A program made the position numbers and the translations under genes. This document shows, piece after piece, positions 9,439-18,792 of a stretch of DNA of 64,000 nt. Positions within the stretch are counted from its first letter, which is position 1; every line of letters begins with the position of its first letter. Source of the DNA: a virus (Duplodnaviria > Caudoviricetes). The notes beneath the pieces were generated by a model. It did not search any database and had not been told where the DNA came from. It worked only from the letters and a program-made list of their open reading frames with translations. The stretch is from positions 1-64,000 of the IMG/VR virus record IMGVR_UViG_3300029969_000013; one strand, given 5' to 3'.

Positions 9439-11506
9439 AATCAGCCAAAATTATACATATAATATTGGTACAACTTCATTTGCAACTGTAGCTTTGCCTA
9501 TAACTGCTATGTGGGGTCCTGCATATATGGATCCAAAGACTGTCGGTGTATCTCAAGATGAAATGCTTGAGATGATCAATTGGCAGCATTTCCCTGCTAC
9601 ACAATCTGGTCTTGAGTCTTTTGTAGCAACTTACCGAGGTCCTGAATCTAATTTCCGTATGTATAATGATTATTCATACCAGATGGCTATGACATTGCTT
9701 ACAGCTGGTTATGATGTACTTGTATGTCGTGTATGTCCTGGTACAGCTGCAACTAATACTATGTCAATCGCCAACATGTATTATTTAACTATATCGGCTA
9801 AGTATCCAGGTACTTTTGGTAATCAGCTGAAAGTAACTCTGAAGAAGATAACAAAGAAGGTATATGATACAAAGACTTCAACATATGTAGAAGTTCCATA
9901 CTATTGGAACGCTGTTGTCTATGTTGTAGATAATTCTGGCATTCAAACAGCTGTTGAAAATCTTATATTTGTATTTGATGTCTTAAATTCTACAGATACA
10001 ATTCCTCATATAAGTGAAGTTGAATCAAAGTTCATAACATTTGTTTATGAAAACACTGTATTGAATGACGATATGGCTATGACAGGTGAGCAAGTTGTAT
10101 ATCTTTCAGGCGGTACAGATGTTGATAATAACATATCAAAAGTACCATCTACTGCTGTTCGTGGTAGGAATATGAGTGATATAAGCTGGTTCAATCCGCT
10201 GGCAACTAAACCAACTGGTTGGGACACAACATATTCTAATTATTATACGTATGGTGGTGTCGGTGGTGTAGATAATTTACCAGCTTTTCTAGCAGTTTCA
10301 TCATCTGGCGGTGGAGCTATACCTACATTTACACCAGGACGCTACTATGAAAAGCTGGATATAACTGATAACAGTGCAACTATGTTGACTGATTTAGCTA
10401 AAATTCGCTATACTGCTGCTGGAATTTCAAATTCTAATTATGTGACTGCATTAGGTAATGTAGCAGCGACTATTATAGACGCTAATACAATATCTGCATT
10501 TGCACATATGGAGTGGATATACAATGCAGCTTATGTTGTGTATGATCTTTTGAAAGATAAGCTTAACTATAACCCACAGCGTATCATAAGCCCTGGTTGG
10601 GATGACCAAGATTATATGAAATTAACAGGAGAATATGGTACAATATTTGACATTTCACCATTACATTCTAAGATCTTAGAAGTTGCATATTACAGTAGAT
10701 GTGCTACTGGTTTGATTGACATTCCTCGTTCTTGTCCAAGAAGTCTTGTATGGAATGATGATCTTGAAAATCCTGGATATGCACAGATGCTATCACGTGC
10801 TGATTCGGCTGCAAGTAGTACTGATGTAAATGCTATTCTGTTCAATACACATTGTGCTCTATTTGCACCTTGGGGTCAGTATAGATATGTAGGTATGGGC
10901 AAGCAATGTATTGCTCCTCCATCATTCTTAGCATTGATGATAAACAGGGCTATGATTTTGAATCAGTCTTTACAGTATGAATGGGCACTTCCTACAAATA
11001 GAAAGCATACCCTTAAGATCGGCAAGATGGATTATAAGGTTCCAAAGAAGATTTTGGATATATGGCAAACCCTTGAAGGTGTCGGTGTAAATGTAATAAC
11101 AGAGATTCCTGAACTAGGTCTCAGCCTTTGGGGCAACTCTACATTGTATGAAGTACCACCGGCAACATATCAAGCACTTGCAAATCTGTCTACTCGTTAT
11201 CTTGTAAATGCTGTAGAAGATGTCGCATATAAATGCGGTCTTGCTATTACATTCCAATATAACAATGAGCAAGCTTACAATCAGTTCTATGCAGGAGTAA
11301 CACCTACACTTGATACCATGAAGAATGTCGGCGCTATTGACGACTACTATGTAAAGATGGCTGCTGATATTAATGGCCTTGACCAAGTTAATGCCAATAC
11401 CGTTATTGGTAAGATTTACCTTGTCATCAACGGCGTTATTAATGATATCATCATTGACCTCATTGCTCTGCCGCCTGGATCTGATTTGAACCAGTATAAG
11501 TCTTAA
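9416..11506 (+). CDS. Tail sheath protein
   Basis: 696 aa; MWGP N-terminal motif; C-terminal sheath domain GVNVITEIP..SLWGNSTL..NLSTRYLVNAVE. Confidence 0.9.
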   Translation: MAQITINEISQNYTYNIGTTSFATVALPITAMWGPAYMDPKTVGVSQDEMLEMINWQHFPATQSGLESFVATYRGPESNFRMYNDYSYQMAMTLLTAGYDVLVCRVCPGTAATNTMSIANMYYLTISAKYPGTFGNQLKVTLKKITKKVYDTKTSTYVEVPYYWNAVVYVVDNSGIQTAVENLIFVFDVLNSTDTIPHISEVESKFITFVYENTVLNDDMAMTGEQVVYLSGGTDVDNNISKVPSTAVRGRNMSDISWFNPLATKPTGWDTTYSNYYTYGGVGGVDNLPAFLAVSSSGGGAIPTFTPGRYYEKLDITDNSATMLTDLAKIRYTAAGISNSNYVTALGNVAATIIDANTISAFAHMEWIYNAAYVVYDLLKDKLNYNPQRIISPGWDDQDYMKLTGEYGTIFDISPLHSKILEVAYYSRCATGLIDIPRSCPRSLVWNDDLENPGYAQMLSRADSAASSTDVNAILFNTHCALFAPWGQYRYVGMGKQCIAPPSFLALMINRAMILNQSLQYEWALPTNRKHTLKIGKMDYKVPKKILDIWQTLEGVGVNVITEIPELGLSLWGNSTLYEVPPATYQALANLSTRYLVNAVEDVAYKCGLAITFQYNNEQAYNQFYAGVTPTLDTMKNVGAIDDYYVKMAADINGLDQVNANTVIGKIYLVINGVINDIIIDLIALPPGSDLNQYKS

Positions 11507-11576
11507 TCCTAATATACATGCATTTCTGTACATTATAGAGATGCATGTATCATCTTATACAGAAAGGAATGATATT

Positions 11577-12122
11577 ATGTTTACACCTTTACAGATGGGT
11601 ACAAACCACATGTTAGGTATCGACAATTATGTACCACTTACTACAAATAACTTTGAAGTAAGAATATATAACATGGATGGTTCAGCGCCTACAGAGTTTT
11701 CTGATATATTGACACTTTCAACTGATGAAGTCGGATCTATTTCAGAATCTCAGGATATTATCACTGTACATTATGGCAACGGTGTTATCAAGTTCCCAAG
11801 TAAGGTTGACTTCGCTGAAACTGATTGGACTCTCAACTGCTTCTGCGAACCGAACGTTATCGAAAATCTTCGTGCTTGGAGACGTCTTGTATATGATCCA
11901 GATACTCAGAAGATGGGTCTACCGTCTCAGTATATGAAGCAAGTGTACTTCATCAAATATGACGGTCAGGGCAATGTGCGTGACGTAATTAAATGTCCAG
12001 GTACATGGATTGGTGCATTGGATAATGGTGCACATAGTCAAACTGGTGGTGAAGTTGTTAAGATCAAAGTACCATTCATCATCTCAAGAGCGATTTATCT
12101 CAAACCAGAAGATTTAAGATAA
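11577..12122 (+). CDS. Tail tube protein (T4 gp19-like)
   Basis: Follows sheath; NNFEVRI, LRAWRRLVYDPDT, KYDGQG pattern; AAAGGA SD. Confidence 0.85.
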   Translation: MFTPLQMGTNHMLGIDNYVPLTTNNFEVRIYNMDGSAPTEFSDILTLSTDEVGSISESQDIITVHYGNGVIKFPSKVDFAETDWTLNCFCEPNVIENLRAWRRLVYDPDTQKMGLPSQYMKQVYFIKYDGQGNVRDVIKCPGTWIGALDNGAHSQTGGEVVKIKVPFIISRAIYLKPEDLR

Positions 12123-12124
12123 TG

Positions 12125-12134
12125 AATCGTTATA
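12125..12134 (+). promoter_or_regulatory. Class B motif AWTCGTTATW (representative copy)
   Basis: Recurs at 12125, 41218, 42813, 45513, 46644, 50811, 51493, 51602, 55609, 59463, 62099, 62794, 63349, nearly all intergenic. Confidence 0.7.
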
Positions 12135-12158
12135 ATATATGGACATATTAAATGTGGA

Positions 12159-12578
12159 GTGAGCTATCATTATGAAAAAAAAATTAAAGCTGTTCCTGGA
12201 AAAGGTATTGTTGCAAGCGTAAACCCTTCTACTCGTAATTATGTTAAGGCTTCTACATCTGGTGCTAGTATACCAGCGCCGTTTAATAAGTACTACGATG
12301 TAGCCACCAGACAAGATTTTCAAGACATGGGTCTTGATACAGATTATTACATGGTTCCGTCTGATGCTTATGAAAATTACAGAGAATTGGAATTAATAGG
12401 CCATGCAGTTGCTAAGCCTGAGTATGAAGAGGCGCTAGGAGAATATTCATGTGTAGATATTGTTCGTGACAGCAGTTACAACAATTCTATAATGCTGGTA
12501 TTACCTGTAGGTGATCGTATATACGATGTTTCAATCAATGAAATTGAGGATCTTATAGATAATGCCAGTGATATCTAA
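12159..12578 (+). CDS. Leader-bearing acidic protein; likely true ATG (12172) is out of frame across an A9 tract
   Basis: Shares KAVPGKGIVAS leader with the next gene; the GTG start at 12159 lies inside the SD. Confidence 0.6.
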   Translation: MSYHYEKKIKAVPGKGIVASVNPSTRNYVKASTSGASIPAPFNKYYDVATRQDFQDMGLDTDYYMVPSDAYENYRELELIGHAVAKPEYEEALGEYSCVDIVRDSSYNNSIMLVLPVGDRIYDVSINEIEDLIDNASDI

Positions 12579-12650
12579 TTAACTATATTATCAAGAGGTG
12601 TTATTATGAGAAAATTTAAAGCTGTTCCTGGAAAAGGTATTGTTGCAAGC
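12184..12650 (+). repeat. Exact 35-bp direct repeat (12184-12218 and 12616-12650) encoding the KAVPGKGIVAS leader
   Basis: TTAAAGCTGTTCCTGGAAAAGGTATTGTTGCAAGC occurs twice. Confidence 0.9.
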
Positions 12651-13049
12651 ACTAATACAAACAAGAAACGTCGTCCTATAACTGCTTCTTCTACATCAGA
12701 TGAACAGATGTTCCAGAAGTATCACAATGAACTCATCAATGAGTATGAAAACGGTGATGCTGTTTCAGATGAATTAGATCTATGGATTGAAGAAACACTT
12801 ATGTCTGCAGTTCTGACAGCAGCTGAAAATGCATATGGTGCTGACGGCATTGAATTCTTTGCAGAGCCATCCGGCCAAGGGGGCAGAGGCGAAGATTTTG
12901 TAACACTCACATATCCAGATGGTTCAACTGAGGACTTTACAATTGATTTACAAGATGAGTATCAAATGGCAGCAGATTGTATACGTGACGCAAACAGCTT
13001 CAAAGAATGTGTCAATATGCTCGCAGACGCTCTCTATCTTGATAGATAA
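12606..13049 (+). CDS. Leader-bearing acidic protein (putative internal head protein)
   Basis: MRKFKAVPGKGIVAS..KKRRPITASS leader followed by a D/E-rich domain. Confidence 0.7.
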   Translation: MRKFKAVPGKGIVASTNTNKKRRPITASSTSDEQMFQKYHNELINEYENGDAVSDELDLWIEETLMSAVLTAAENAYGADGIEFFAEPSGQGGRGEDFVTLTYPDGSTEDFTIDLQDEYQMAADCIRDANSFKECVNMLADALYLDR

Positions 13050-13051
13050 GT

Positions 13052-13570
13052 ATGAAACGATTTATATCATGTTCTACACATAATGACATTCAATACGTAG
13101 AGGAAGATCACAAGTTATTATCTTCTATAGGATATGATGCTGTATATCAAATACGATCTAGTGTTGAACCTTTTGTAACTAAATGTTGCAATGCTATATG
13201 GGATTCATTACCTGAAGTAGGACCTATGGAGTACTATATAGATAAAGAGTTTGACACCCGGAGTAGATTATATACTAAGGGCATTGGTCTGAAAGGTATC
13301 ATCGCATACATGCCTACGCATGAAGAAGATACAAAAGGAGATCCAATCATACCTGAAGATTGCATATCTGGTAGATTATATTCAGTGATTATTCGTCCAC
13401 AAGATAAATCATTATCTACTGGAATTCCTGTCGATTGTGAGGTAGATGGATATATCATTACTTTTGAAAATTCGTATGCTGTCGGAATGTGTGATAATGA
13501 TGACATTAATCTGAAAGATGCTGTAAATAAGTTTATACTTAGATACAATGCTCATTTCAGACGTAAATAA
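13052..13570 (+). CDS. Hypothetical protein with MKRFISCS leader
   Basis: Coupled ORF. Confidence 0.7.
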   Translation: MKRFISCSTHNDIQYVEEDHKLLSSIGYDAVYQIRSSVEPFVTKCCNAIWDSLPEVGPMEYYIDKEFDTRSRLYTKGIGLKGIIAYMPTHEEDTKGDPIIPEDCISGRLYSVIIRPQDKSLSTGIPVDCEVDGYIITFENSYAVGMCDNDDINLKDAVNKFILRYNAHFRRK

Positions 13571-13590
13571 ACATTAAACAATATACATCT

Positions 13591-13636
13591 AAAGGCCTCA
13601 ATTGTTATCTCTAAGAGTTATACATTTGAGGCTTTT
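13591..13636 (+). terminator. Rho-independent terminator
   Basis: AAAGGCCTCAA...TTGAGGCTTTT inverted repeat followed by a T-run. Confidence 0.7.
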
Positions 13637-13666
13637 GTTATACATTGGAGAATAAGGAGTGATATT

Positions 13667-14014
13667 ATGAAACGAAAAATCTTAGCAGCTAGGGGATTCA
13701 AACGAGCAGCTGAAAAATATGCTGATAGTTTAAATGATAGTATTTTTGAAAATAGTAATATGTATTATGCAACTGTTGATACTAAAAGAAAACTTGTAGT
13801 AATATGTGATAAGCATACTGATAATGTTGTGACTGAAATTCGACTTAAGACTGTCCCTATTGACGTTACAAATTCTGAATATCGTCTTGCAACACCTAAA
13901 GAAATTTCAAAAGGTATTGGTTTATATGTACGAGATAAGCACAGCTCTAGTACAGAGAAATATATTCCAGAAGCCGAAGAAACAACTTCAATTGCAAATA
14001 GATACAGAAGATAA
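13667..14014 (+). CDS. Hypothetical protein with MKRKILAA leader
   Basis: AAGGAG SD. Confidence 0.7.
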   Translation: MKRKILAARGFKRAAEKYADSLNDSIFENSNMYYATVDTKRKLVVICDKHTDNVVTEIRLKTVPIDVTNSEYRLATPKEISKGIGLYVRDKHSSSTEKYIPEAEETTSIANRYRR

Positions 14015-14075
14015 CAGAACCTTATATATAAATGTAATTGAACTCACCTAAAACTTTTAAGGAGTGTGTAAATTT

Positions 14076-14891
14076 ATGATTTCAGAAAAAATCGAACTGT
14101 TAGGTAAAGGCTTGTACTCTGATATACCAGATGTACTTACACTTACAAATATTCCTACTGCATCTGAACTTGACTGCGTTGGCGGAGAAGATTTTGACAA
14201 AGTAATGTTAGATACAATCTTGCCAGAAGCTGTTGAAGAAAAAATCAATTTTTATGACTTGTTAGAGATTGATTATCAGTGGGTATGTAGATGTTTACGT
14301 CTGCTTAACTTTGGACCGTATTATACTACAAATGCAATATTCTGTAGCAAATGCGGAAAAACTTCATACGGAGAGTATCAAGTTAATTTGAATACTATTG
14401 CATGTAATCCAATTCCAGATGGATTTGTAAATGATATCATAATTACAAAGGATGAATTTTTAGATTTCAATGGTGATATCACACTTAAGCTTCCAACAAT
14501 TCGTACTATTAATACTGCCTACAAGGATAAAGCATTCCAGCTTGCAAACGGCAGCACAAATAGAGAGCTTGCAAGAATTTGCTATATGATCAAATCCATC
14601 AAAGGTAAGTCTAATCTTACTCCTATTGATATAAAGCTGATGATTCAGCAGCAGTTATCAGCAGCGGATTATATTATCCTCAAGAATAAAGTAACTGAAA
14701 TGACTGATTTTGGTCTGCGAGCTGGTGGTGTAGCACAGTGTCCTTCATGTGGACATGATCACGCTGCATTCATTGCACTTCCAGATGATCGTTTCTTTCG
14801 TCCGACCATGGGAAATCTCAAACAGTGGCAGCTCGATAAACGTTCAGGGAAAAATGAAGACGTTTCAAGAAATACGTCAACAAATGTATGA
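14076..14891 (+). CDS. Baseplate hub/tail assembly chaperone (T4 gp26-like, Zn ribbons)
   Basis: CSKC and CPSC pairs, LLEIDYQWV..LRLLNFG pattern, upstream of tape measure. Confidence 0.6.
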   Translation: MISEKIELLGKGLYSDIPDVLTLTNIPTASELDCVGGEDFDKVMLDTILPEAVEEKINFYDLLEIDYQWVCRCLRLLNFGPYYTTNAIFCSKCGKTSYGEYQVNLNTIACNPIPDGFVNDIIITKDEFLDFNGDITLKLPTIRTINTAYKDKAFQLANGSTNRELARICYMIKSIKGKSNLTPIDIKLMIQQQLSAADYIILKNKVTEMTDFGLRAGGVAQCPSCGHDHAAFIALPDDRFFRPTMGNLKQWQLDKRSGKNEDVSRNTSTNV

Positions 14892-15060
14892 GAACATAAT
14901 CGATGAAACTTTATTCATTGCACGAGCTTCTGAGGGTGCAGTTTCTGCTGAATGGATAATGGAACAGCCAATATTCATACGAAAGAAATATGTTGATTCA
15001 TTTACTAAAGAGTTAAAAGAACGTGAACGTGCATTGAAAAATAATGGTAAGAAGCGTTAA
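14854..15060 (+). CDS. Small tail/baseplate assembly protein (T4 gp51-like)
   Basis: SAEWIMEQPIFIRKKY pattern, just before tape measure. Confidence 0.5.
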   Translation: MKTFQEIRQQMYENIIDETLFIARASEGAVSAEWIMEQPIFIRKKYVDSFTKELKERERALKNNGKKR

Positions 15061-15066
15061 GCATCA

Positions 15067-15102
15067 ATGAGGGATGGGATTGAATAGTCCCATCCTCATT
15101 TT
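15067..15102 (+). terminator. Rho-independent terminator
   Basis: GAGGGATGGGATT-GAAT-AGTCCCATCCTC hairpin followed by T-run. Confidence 0.75.
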
Positions 15103-15136
15103 AATATGTTGTGTGTAAAATGGAGGTGTATGCAAT

Positions 15137-18100
15137 ATGCCAGATAACAACAATGGAAACAATCCTTCAAATGCAGGCTCTGGTAGCAACCCTGATATAT
15201 TATCTTCTTTACAAGGATATATCAATAATACTAATACTAGTAGAAATAATGCTATAGCATTGTTGAAGTCTATTGACCAAACTACTAAACAAATATTGCA
15301 GTCTGGTGGTGGAATGTCTGCATCTAATGCACAGAACATGATGCCAGGCGCACGTGGTAGCAATACTTATTTTCAAAGTCGTACAAACTACAGTAGTCGT
15401 GGATTAGGTGGAGGGGGTTCTTTCAGACAGTTTACAGATAATCTGCAAAAAACTATGATGGAAGAACTCATCGGAAATGAATTCAAAAACAGCTTACGTG
15501 ATATACGAGATAAGTTAGCTCGAGATTTAGGTGTAAATGTAGAACAAGTTCCTGCTGAGCTTGGAAAAATGCTTGGTGGTAAATTAGCAGGTGCTATCAA
15601 AAATTTAAAGCCTGTAGATGAAGCAATTGGATCATTTAAGGATATTGTATCCGGTAAATTCAATGACATTAAGAATGCTTATGTACGAGGTCGTAATAAT
15701 AATTATGCAAGCACACATGATGGTGCTGCATATAATCCACAACGGTCAAGTGCAGCTACTATACGTGATGCTATTAGAACACCTTCAGGAACATCTATGT
15801 TCGGAGGAGGATCTACACCTGGTAGTAATAATAGAGCTGCTTATAATATACAAGCTCAAACCGTTATTATACGTGCGAACAGTATAATACAAGAGTCTGA
15901 AAGACCTGAAGGGTTACAAGGTAATTTATCGGATGATGCACTCTCTAGCATATTAGATTTGCTAGGAGGTGGTAGCAGTGTTGATGACATGGTAAATGGT
16001 ATTTCATCAATACTGAAAGGTAGTGCATCTTCAGCCGGTGCTGCTGGTGCTGGAGCCGCAGGTGCTGGAGCTGCAGGTGCTGGAGCTGCAGGTGCTGGAG
16101 CTGGAGCTGCCGGAGCTGCCGGTGCTGGAGCAGGAGCTGTCGGTGCGGGTATTACTGAAGCATTAGGTGCATTATCTGCAGTTGCTCCTGAAATATTACT
16201 TATCATAGGTGCAGTAGTTGCTGCTACTATGGTCTTTGACGCATTAGTAGATGCAGTCAAGCCAATGATAGAAGGTTCTAAGAAGCTGTTTAAATCGTTG
16301 TCAGATGCTGCAAATCGTTATGAAAAGAGTAGAGAAGAAGGCTTAAAAGCAGCAGAGGCTCGAATGAAAGCTGATTTTGAGACAGTAATTCGTGAGCCAT
16401 TCAAGATACTAGAAGACGCAGCTCAAAATTTATATGATGCATGGGATCAAAATGTAAGAATTATTAATGGTACACAAGGTTATAATAAAGATCAGCTATA
16501 TGACTTGATAGGAGGTTTTGCTGATCGTTTAAGAGCAGAGGGTCTTGAACGTGTTGTTAGTACTGATACAGTTACTACTAATCTTGCAAAAGTATTAGAA
16601 TCTGGATTAAGTGGTTCAGTTGCAGAAGAATTTGCATATTTAGCTACAAAACTGAATGCCGCTATTCCTACTGAAGACTTTTTCAACTATGCTAGTACAT
16701 ACAGTTCTATTGCTGCTAATGCAATTCAACAAGGTAAGTCTCAATCCGAAGCTATTTCATATGCTAATAGTCAACTGGAGTCATTTGCAAGTAACTTGTT
16801 ATATGCAAGCCGAGAAATATCAGGTGGCTTTACAACTGGTCTTAAAGATGCAAATACATTGTTCCAACAGTCTGTTCAGATTGCACAAGCAAGTAAGACT
16901 AATAATGCTACTCAGATTTCAGGTGTAATGACTGCAGTATCTGCAATAGTCGGTGCAGTTGCTCCAGATCTTGCAACGTCTATGACAGATGCTATCTATA
17001 AAGCTGCAACAGGTGGTAACAGTTCTGAAATTGTAGCGTTACGTTCGCTTGCAGGTATCAATGCATCTAATACTGAATTCTTGAAAAAGCTTTCTGAAGA
17101 CCCACAAGGCGTGTTTACTAATTTATTTGATAACTTGGGCAATATGCAGAAAATGTCCCAAGATTCATATATGGAAGTTGCAGAAGGTTTATCTAGTGTA
17201 TTTGGTGTATCTATGGATGCATTTGCTCGTGTGGATTTCAATTATCTAGCACAAGCAATATCTTCTATGAATACTTCTAATGGTTTATTAGAAGAGAATT
17301 TAGAATTACTTGCATCAGGTGAAACTACTACTAATGCTGAGCAACTTAGAATGCAGCAAATAAATGAGTACATGTGGAATGAAGGTCTTGCATATGTAAT
17401 GGATAACGCTGCTGCTAGAGAGATTCAAAAGCATATGTGGGACGAGCAAATTGCTCGTGAGCTTATGGAGTCCGAATATAGTGTAAACATTAAAGGTGCT
17501 GCACTTGAATTTTTAGAAGGTATCAGAAAAACCATTGATAACATTCTTGGTTTTTTGAATCCTTTCAAAATGTTCAGCAAACTTTCTAATTTAGTAGGTA
17601 GTATAGAAGAAGCTGGAGCACAAGATGTAGATGTTAAGCAACTACTTGAATTAGGTAAACTGGGCGGTGGCAATGCTACAGCATTATATCAGCTTACTAC
17701 TAGAAACGCAGATCTAAATCTAACTGAGAATTTAGTAAATATGATGGGTGGTGTATCTGCATACAACATTGCATCTACTAAACGAAAAGTTACTAGCGAT
17801 TTATTGTATACTGGTTGGAACAACTTATTTGATGCTACATATGGTGGACAAGGTATGAATGCATTATATGCATTAGTGTCTACTGGAGCTGGTAAAGCTG
17901 GTCAAGGTATTTCATCATTGTTCAATGGTAAGTCTGCATACAGCTGGGGAACTATAGGTAAGAGTACAGCAAGTGCATTATCATCAACTGCTAGTTTATC
18001 TGCATCTTCTACATCAACAGGGTTAGCTGCAATTTCATCTGAACAAAAGGAAGCATCAGCAACTGCACAAGCTCAAAAAGTAGCAACACAGAATTTAACC

Positions 18101-18739
18101 AATATGTTGAATTCTATGCAAACTTATGTAGATGAGGCAACTGCTAAAGGTGAGACTGCTGATTATGATGAATGGGTAAAATCGGCATCATCTGCAAATA
18201 GCATAGATGATTTTGCTGCTGCTTTGCAAGAAGCAGGTATGACAGAAGAAGCTGTTAAATCTCAATTTGATTCAGCTACTACTCAAGCAGCACAAACAGC
18301 TGAAAAAGAGCGTAAGCTTAGAGAAGAAAAATTCTGGACAGATACCGTAGATTTATTGACAGTTAACAATACAATGCTTCAATCTATATTTGATAAACAA
18401 ACAGAGTTCTTCCAAGCGATCGTAGATTACTTCATAGATCACTTAGTATATTCATCTTCTTATAGTCATACAGATGTATCTACAGTGCAAAAGAAGGAGA
18501 AAAACAAATCAGAAACTGCTATATATGAATTAGCACGAGCACTTACTCAAAATACAACCGATCTATTAGATCCAACAGTACAGACAAATGCAATACTTGC
18601 ACAGATATTAAAATTAGTCAATGTGTTGGTACAACAAGGTACATTGAATACAGAATCTGGAGCTATGTCTAACATACTTGCAAATATGGCAACAGGTAAC
18701 TGGGAGTTAAAGGTACCTACATCGTCATCATCTGAATAA
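15137..18739 (+). CDS. Tail tape measure protein
   Basis: 1200 aa, Ala-rich and helical, with a hydrophobic segment; follows the chaperones. Confidence 0.85.
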   Translation: MPDNNNGNNPSNAGSGSNPDILSSLQGYINNTNTSRNNAIALLKSIDQTTKQILQSGGGMSASNAQNMMPGARGSNTYFQSRTNYSSRGLGGGGSFRQFTDNLQKTMMEELIGNEFKNSLRDIRDKLARDLGVNVEQVPAELGKMLGGKLAGAIKNLKPVDEAIGSFKDIVSGKFNDIKNAYVRGRNNNYASTHDGAAYNPQRSSAATIRDAIRTPSGTSMFGGGSTPGSNNRAAYNIQAQTVIIRANSIIQESERPEGLQGNLSDDALSSILDLLGGGSSVDDMVNGISSILKGSASSAGAAGAGAAGAGAAGAGAAGAGAGAAGAAGAGAGAVGAGITEALGALSAVAPEILLIIGAVVAATMVFDALVDAVKPMIEGSKKLFKSLSDAANRYEKSREEGLKAAEARMKADFETVIREPFKILEDAAQNLYDAWDQNVRIINGTQGYNKDQLYDLIGGFADRLRAEGLERVVSTDTVTTNLAKVLESGLSGSVAEEFAYLATKLNAAIPTEDFFNYASTYSSIAANAIQQGKSQSEAISYANSQLESFASNLLYASREISGGFTTGLKDANTLFQQSVQIAQASKTNNATQISGVMTAVSAIVGAVAPDLATSMTDAIYKAATGGNSSEIVALRSLAGINASNTEFLKKLSEDPQGVFTNLFDNLGNMQKMSQDSYMEVAEGLSSVFGVSMDAFARVDFNYLAQAISSMNTSNGLLEENLELLASGETTTNAEQLRMQQINEYMWNEGLAYVMDNAAAREIQKHMWDEQIARELMESEYSVNIKGAALEFLEGIRKTIDNILGFLNPFKMFSKLSNLVGSIEEAGAQDVDVKQLLELGKLGGGNATALYQLTTRNADLNLTENLVNMMGGVSAYNIASTKRKVTSDLLYTGWNNLFDATYGGQGMNALYALVSTGAGKAGQGISSLFNGKSAYSWGTIGKSTASALSSTASLSASSTSTGLAAISSEQKEASATAQAQKVATQNLTNMLNSMQTYVDEATAKGETADYDEWVKSASSANSIDDFAAALQEAGMTEEAVKSQFDSATTQAAQTAEKERKLREEKFWTDTVDLLTVNNTMLQSIFDKQTEFFQAIVDYFIDHLVYSSSYSHTDVSTVQKKEKNKSETAIYELARALTQNTTDLLDPTVQTNAILAQILKLVNVLVQQGTLNTESGAMSNILANMATGNWELKVPTSSSSE
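16034..16149 (+). repeat. Imperfect 15-bp tandem repeat (GGTGCTGGAGCYGCA) encoding a Gly-Ala tract
   Basis: Visible repeats; translates to GAAGAGAAGAGAAGAG... Confidence 0.9.
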
Positions 18740-18792
18740 TATAACCTTCTATATTTATACACATCTAAATATAGAGAATTGGAGGTAAATAT

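Noticed and set aside
11114-11533. 139-aa minus-strand ORF and the other short antisense or nested ORFs in the track
   Set aside because: They overlap well-supported + strand genes and lack SD or motif support
15856-16260. Minus-strand Pro/Ala-rich ORF
   Set aside because: Mirror of the Gly-Ala repeat in the tape measure
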